From positions 308,822,001 through 308,886,000 of the forward strand of contig OZ024740.1 of assembly GCA_964016885.1 (NCBI GenBank): DNA of 64,000 nucleotides. Direction: 5' to 3'. Origin of the DNA: Eledone cirrhosa. Its lineage: Eukaryota. Below the pieces are notes generated by a model, which was not told the DNA's origin, searched no databases, and saw nothing but the letters and a program-made list of their open reading frames with translations. Both the position numbers and the translations under genes were made by a program. Below, piece after piece: positions 25,253-64,000 of this stretch (its first letter is position 1; every line of letters starts with the position of its first letter).

Positions 25253-26530
25253 ATGGAAAAGGAATTATGTGAAAAGAGAGTTAAATGGGAAACACAGTGT
25301 AATTGGATTGATTTCATTGATGATATAAAGAAAGAGAAAGAAAAAACATACCACTGTGATATCTGTGGTAAATCATTATCTCGAAATCATAGTTTGACAG
25401 TCCACAAGCGTATTCATACAGGAGAGAAACCATATCCTTGTGACATCTGTGGTAAATCATTCTCTGAAGGAAGTGCCTTAACTACTCACAAACGTATTCA
25501 TACTGGTGAGAAACCATATAACTGTGATATCTGTGGTAAATCATTTTCACAAATATCTACCTTAACTAAACACAAACACTTTCACACAGGAGAACAGCCA
25601 TATCACTGTGATATCTGTGGTAAATGTTTCTCTTCGAGCAGTAACTTAACTACCCACAAGCGTGTTCATACAGGAGAGACACCATATTACTGTGATATGT
25701 GTGATAAATCATTCACTGTAAAAAGTCACCTAACTGTTCACAGATACATTCATACAAAAGAAAAGCCATACTACTGTAACATCTGTGGTAAATCATTCTC
25801 TCAAAGTGGTAACTTAACTACTCACAAACGTATTCATACTGGAGAGCAACCATATAACTGTGATGTCTGTGGTAAATCATTCTCTGCGAGGAGTAACTTA
25901 ACTACTCACAAACGATTTCATACAGGAGAGAAGCCATATCACTGTGATATCTGTGGTAAATCATTCTCTGAAAATGGTGTCTTAACTAAACACAAACTTA
26001 TTCATACAGGAGAGAAGTCATATCACTGTGATATCTGTAGTAAATCATTCTCACAAAATTCTAACTTAACTAAACACAAACGCCTTCATTCAGGAGAGAA
26101 GCCATATCACTGTAATATCTGTGGTAAATCATTCTCTGGAAGTGGTAACTTAACTACACATAAATACATTCATACAGGAGAGAAACCATATCACTGTGAT
26201 ATCTGTGGTAATTCATTTTCTCAAAGAAGTCACTTAACAATTCACATGCATATTCATACAGGAGAGAAGCCATATCACTGTGATGTCTGTGATAAATCAT
26301 TCTCTTTAAGAAGTCACTTAACTACTCACAAGCGCATTCACACAGGTGAAAAGCTATATAACTGTGACATCTGTGGTAAATCATTTTATGTCAGTAGTAC
26401 TTTAAGTAAACACAAATGTATTCACACAGGAGAGAAACCATATCATTGTGATATCTGTTGGAAATCATTCTCTCAAAGGAGTAACTTAACTACTCACAAA
26501 CATATTCACACAGGCCAATTGCAAAACTAG
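25253..26530 (+). CDS. C2H2 zinc-finger protein, 14 tandem fingers, 425 aa, single coding exon
   Basis: 32-aa leader, then 14 intact 28-aa CxxC...HxxxH fingers with TGEKP-type linkers. A likely splice acceptor ttcag| at 24885 implies a spliced 5' UTR. Confidence 0.95.
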   Translation: MEKELCEKRVKWETQCNWIDFIDDIKKEKEKTYHCDICGKSLSRNHSLTVHKRIHTGEKPYPCDICGKSFSEGSALTTHKRIHTGEKPYNCDICGKSFSQISTLTKHKHFHTGEQPYHCDICGKCFSSSSNLTTHKRVHTGETPYYCDMCDKSFTVKSHLTVHRYIHTKEKPYYCNICGKSFSQSGNLTTHKRIHTGEQPYNCDVCGKSFSARSNLTTHKRFHTGEKPYHCDICGKSFSENGVLTKHKLIHTGEKSYHCDICSKSFSQNSNLTKHKRLHSGEKPYHCNICGKSFSGSGNLTTHKYIHTGEKPYHCDICGNSFSQRSHLTIHMHIHTGEKPYHCDVCDKSFSLRSHLTTHKRIHTGEKLYNCDICGKSFYVSSTLSKHKCIHTGEKPYHCDICWKSFSQRSNLTTHKHIHTGQLQN

Positions 26531-28712
26531 ATATATCTTATATAGTTATATCTCTTAGATCAATAACAATTAAGTAGTGCATATCGCTGGGATTCTATCA
26601 ATAGAAAATCTCATAACCATAAATATATTGACATGGGATAGGAGATACAACAGTGTGATAACACCCTTTCAGCACTGTATTTTATATAACTAAAACTATA
26701 TCTATATTGGTGATATTTTTAATAAAGTCATTCTTTCAGTACACTCACATTTATTCCATCTAACACATTTTCAGAAAGTATAATAGATACTGTTGATTTA
26801 TTTGGCATTGTGGTTATATAACTGAGAAATATATTCTCATGAATCAGAGATAACATCACAATATATTTCTGAAAAAGCACCCATCCCACACTATAAAGTG
26901 ATTGTGTAGGTATCATGACAAAAAGCACCCAGCACACTATAAAATCCATAGGGCCCATGCTCCCACTACATACAGTCAAATGGTTGGTGTTAGGAAGAGC
27001 ATCCAGCTGTAGAAACTATGCTCTTAATCATCATCATTGTTTAAAGTCCATTTTCAATGCTAGCATGGGTTTAGAAACCAAACCAAAACAACATACTAGT
27101 CAGACCTAGTTACCTGATAGGTCTAGCCTCAGCATGCAACAACCATCTAACCTATGCAAGCATGGAAAATAGACAAAGTGATGATGATGGTCTTAGTGAT
27201 ACACGAGTTGATGATAAAAAGTCTCTCTTCTCTATTCCTTTAAATTTATGAATTTCTTTATCATTCAAGAACATCCCCTTACCTCTACCAATTTGTTTAA
27301 TATATAGATAAGTTGGTGGTAGCATAGCTTATTTCTTTTGTTGCCTAGGATTTTCAAATAGCTTCTGATTGCACCTCCACCCATTTTATACCACCACCAC
27401 CTACAGTCTATAGAGATGGTCATAACTGAACCTTGAAATCTAAGGTAGCACTTTATTTGTTCTGTGTATGAACATAAATATCAACTCTCTTACACTAGAT
27501 CAAGCACTTTTTCCTACTTCCTAATCAGATATTTTTGCTGCATACACACACCTGTCTAAATATATGCATAGAAACACACTAGCATAGTACCTATCAAAAA
27601 CGACATGGTTTATAGTGAAAAATATTTAATTTAATAATTCCTTCATAATATTCTATGTAAAAATACTTTAATCCTCGATTATCCTTGACCTCCACCTTCT
27701 TGTTATTCCAACAATTGCAATATTTCATTTAAATCAATTACAATAATTTTCTTTAATCATTATCAAACATATATCCACTAAAAGATTACTTTGTTCTATG
27801 TGTCTATTTGTCTATTTTTTTTACTGCTATTAGGATTTGTTATATCCCAAGATAGATATATTAGTAAATATACATAAATAAATAACTAGAGTTTGACAGT
27901 CAGACAGACAAACAGAGAGATGTTTTTATTATTATTATCAGGAAAATTGACAGATAACTTCAACATTTGCCACCTTGTTCATCTGTAATCATCTAAAATG
28001 AAAATCTATTCAGTTTTTAGTCCACAATCAGATTTACACTTAATGAAGATTATTATTCTAATAACTGAAAAGGTGACACTATTTTCCTGACCCAAATCAC
28101 TAAATTCATTCATTTGTCTATAGTATGGATATGTAGTCTTTTCTATGTATAAGCCTTTTATCTCTAATCACTTTTTCAGCTTACAGTAAGGCTGTAGTGG
28201 GTCCCACAAAAAATTCACCCAGTCTACCCTATAATATGGTAATGCTGGAGTCATGATAAAATGCTCCCAATGCATACTGAATGTAGCTCGTCTGTCTAAC
28301 CCATGAAAGCATCGATTGAGTGGGTAGCTCAGAGAGTCACTCCAGTTAGAGCCACTACTTCTCCAAATTGAGAGATCACAGCTACGATACTATGGGCATG
28401 TGGTTAGAATGTCTTAGGAAAGAATCTCTGCATAGATTTTACAGGCAAAACCAACTAGCAGGAGATCTGGAGGTAGATCCCGAGAAAGATGGTTGGATAA
28501 CATCCACAAGCTCAGCTGGTATCACTTGGGGATCTAACCGGATCGGAGGGAGACAGTTGCTTCTGGCAGGATCCGCTGGAAGGAGTGTTTGAGGGCTCTG
28601 CCTGCACAGCCCTCTCAGGAATAAGTGGGTGAAGAAGACTAATGGATTCAATCTATATCTTTATACTATCAATTTTTAGTAACACCTTTAACACTTAGCT
28701 ACTTTGTGAGTA

Positions 28713-28801
28713 CTCTCAGGTCCCAAATAATAGCAGAGCTGGACAAAATTCGAAAAATTAATAATCGAGGGGGTGGTGTTCGATTATTCGAGACCTGAGA
28801 G
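28713..28801. mobile_element. Small TA-flanked MITE
   Basis: ta|ctctcaggtcccaaataat ... attattcgagacctgagag|ta. Related ends at ~1240-1258 and ~22032-22068. Confidence 0.7.
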
Positions 28802-28946
28802 TACATATTACTTTAAAAACAACAATGAATGTTTCCTTTAGAAAGAACAAGATAAACTTTATCGAAAAATTTATTTACACATATATTTACAATATCCTCA
28901 AATAAATTTTGTCCATCGTACTGAATAGACATGAGCAAAAGTAATG

Positions 28947-62216
<33,270 letters not shown>

Positions 62217-63249
62217 TGTAGCAGTTGGGAAGACCGTGAACTGTAAATACATTAGAAATCAATATAAAAGAAACTTTAAAACATTTACATTTGCCCATGG
62301 AACATGTTTGTGCTTGTGTGTATTTTCATCTACAACCATTTAAGTGGGAGAAATAAAATGTGCTACATGTTGACTGAGGAAACCACATGTGAGTAAAGAC
62401 ATTTGTGATAAGTAGCTAAAATTCTAGGATTTTGGGCCTCACAGATAGGATGACACAATGTTGAAAAAAATTAATTCTTTCATTACCATATTTCCATTGA
62501 AATATAGCCCCTATGTTTTTCAATTCTTCTTCGTCACAGGGGCAGAGTCCTTAAACATTCCTTCCAACAGGTCCTGTCAGAAGCAACCATCTCCAACTGA
62601 TCTGACTGGATCCCCAAGTGAGACCAACCAAGCTCATGGATGTTATCCAACCATCTTGCTCAGGGTCTACCCCTGGGTCGCCTGCCGTTTGATTTTACCC
62701 ATAAAATCTGTCTAGCGATTCTTTCCTCACATTCTAACCACATGCCCATAGTATCAGATCTGTGATCTCTCAATTCGGAGAAATAGCAGCTCCACCTGGG
62801 CAGACACTCTGATCTCCAAGATACGCACTCTATCTAGTAACATTACTCCAAAAACCCTTCGGAGGAACACCATCAAAATATTTTCATGTTTTTCAATTAA
62901 TTTTATAAATAATCAACAATTAGTAAAATAACTAACTATGTGAATAAACTGGAGTTTAGTATAAAACTTGAGATATTCTTCCATAACATTATTTTTATTT
63001 AAATATGAATACTTTAAAACAAGGTCTGTCATCATAGATTTTGGACAATTTTGATGATGTTTGTATCAACAATGACCATGATTTTCATGGAAGGATTCTA
63101 AATATCTTAACTCTTAACATCTAGTAATGACTGAGCAGAAAATGTCTAAAAACGGGTTTGTTAATTCAAATATTTAAAGTATCTTGTTGTGAGATTATTG
63201 CAAAAATTTACTGTAAATTGTGCTTAGTTGTTCATGCACTCTAACATTA

Positions 63250-63680
63250 CACATCCAGCAGACATGCTAGCCTTGCACATGCACTGCATTCAATACCCAT
63301 GTCTCAGTACAATAACATGACACTTTATACACAAGTATCATATAATTTACCTTTCACTCAGAGAGAGATTCCCTTTGTTACAAACAAATATGGTAACTTT
63401 CTTAACTTCTTGCTTTTACAGTACACTCCTCCTCTACTAATTAAGTCACCCAGGTAACAGCTTATTTCACTGATACTCTTACTAACTACCGCTGTGTATC
63501 AGCCAAACACAAACTCTTTTTAATTTGTAAGCCTATGAGCCCATTACATCTTTTTTGCACTTATAATTTACACTGCAAATTGAGCGTGGCCATTTTTCTG
63601 ATGGCAGTATGATCCTGTCTTTTATACTACTTACTAAGACTGATCTTTTCCAAGTCTACTCAAAGGCCCTTCAATTCTAT
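63250..63680 (-). mobile_element. Old RTE LINE fragment
   Basis: Homologous to the 4020-4560 segment (acattacacatcca, tcacccaggtaac, ggccattt motifs). Confidence 0.65.
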
Positions 63681-64000
63681 GTATCTGTTTGTCTCTGCTC
63701 TTCATATTTGATATCACTAAGCAGAGACAATATTTGTTAACATTTCACATAGAGGTTCCACTGTTCAGCTGATAAAGGTAAGAAAATACGCAACTTACGT
63801 AAAAAAAAAGAAAGTGAAGATTGGCATCAGGAAGGGCATCCATCTAGAATTCTACCTTAGAAAATCTCGTCCAAACCATGAAAACAGAAAAATGGACGCA
63901 AAACTGATAATTTGTGTCTTTCCTCTATTTCATTTTCCGTTTGTTCTTTTATGGTGAGCAACATCTTCACCTTTCCAATATGAGCTAGCTCCAACATAGA

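Overview
AT-rich, repeat-dense eukaryotic genomic DNA, most likely an octopus or other coleoid cephalopod (inferred from the [11 protein letters not shown]-type C2H2 array, (TA)n/(CAT)n richness and the SINE/RTE families). Three host genes are supported. (1) The last two coding exons of an ASAP-family ArfGAP, encoding the C-terminal SH3 (+, 491-1468). (2) A single-coding-exon gene with 14 C2H2 zinc fingers (+, 25253-26530). (3) A complete SEL1L/Hrd3 ERAD adaptor CDS on the minus strand (62216 down to 28947). I assembled it by hand from 20 phase-consistent exons (2469 nt, 822 aa). It needs two GC-AG introns and may include a 24-nt microexon. The rest is transposon-derived: decayed RTE-type LINEs, a Penelope-like RT/GIY-YIG relic, several tRNA-headed SINE families, piggyBac-, hAT- and TA-type MITEs, a non-autonomous Helitron, a foldback element with a telomeric core, and micro/minisatellites. 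The most interesting leads are a back-to-back hammerhead-ribozyme element, a long hairpin whose transition mismatches are all G-U compatible on one strand, the SEL1L splicing oddities, and the short SUMO-motif N-terminus of the zinc-finger protein. I see no prokaryotic-type system (no CRISPR, operon, rRNA or true tRNA gene). Repeat family names come from remembered motifs, not database searches, and repeat boundaries are approximate unless TSDs are quoted.
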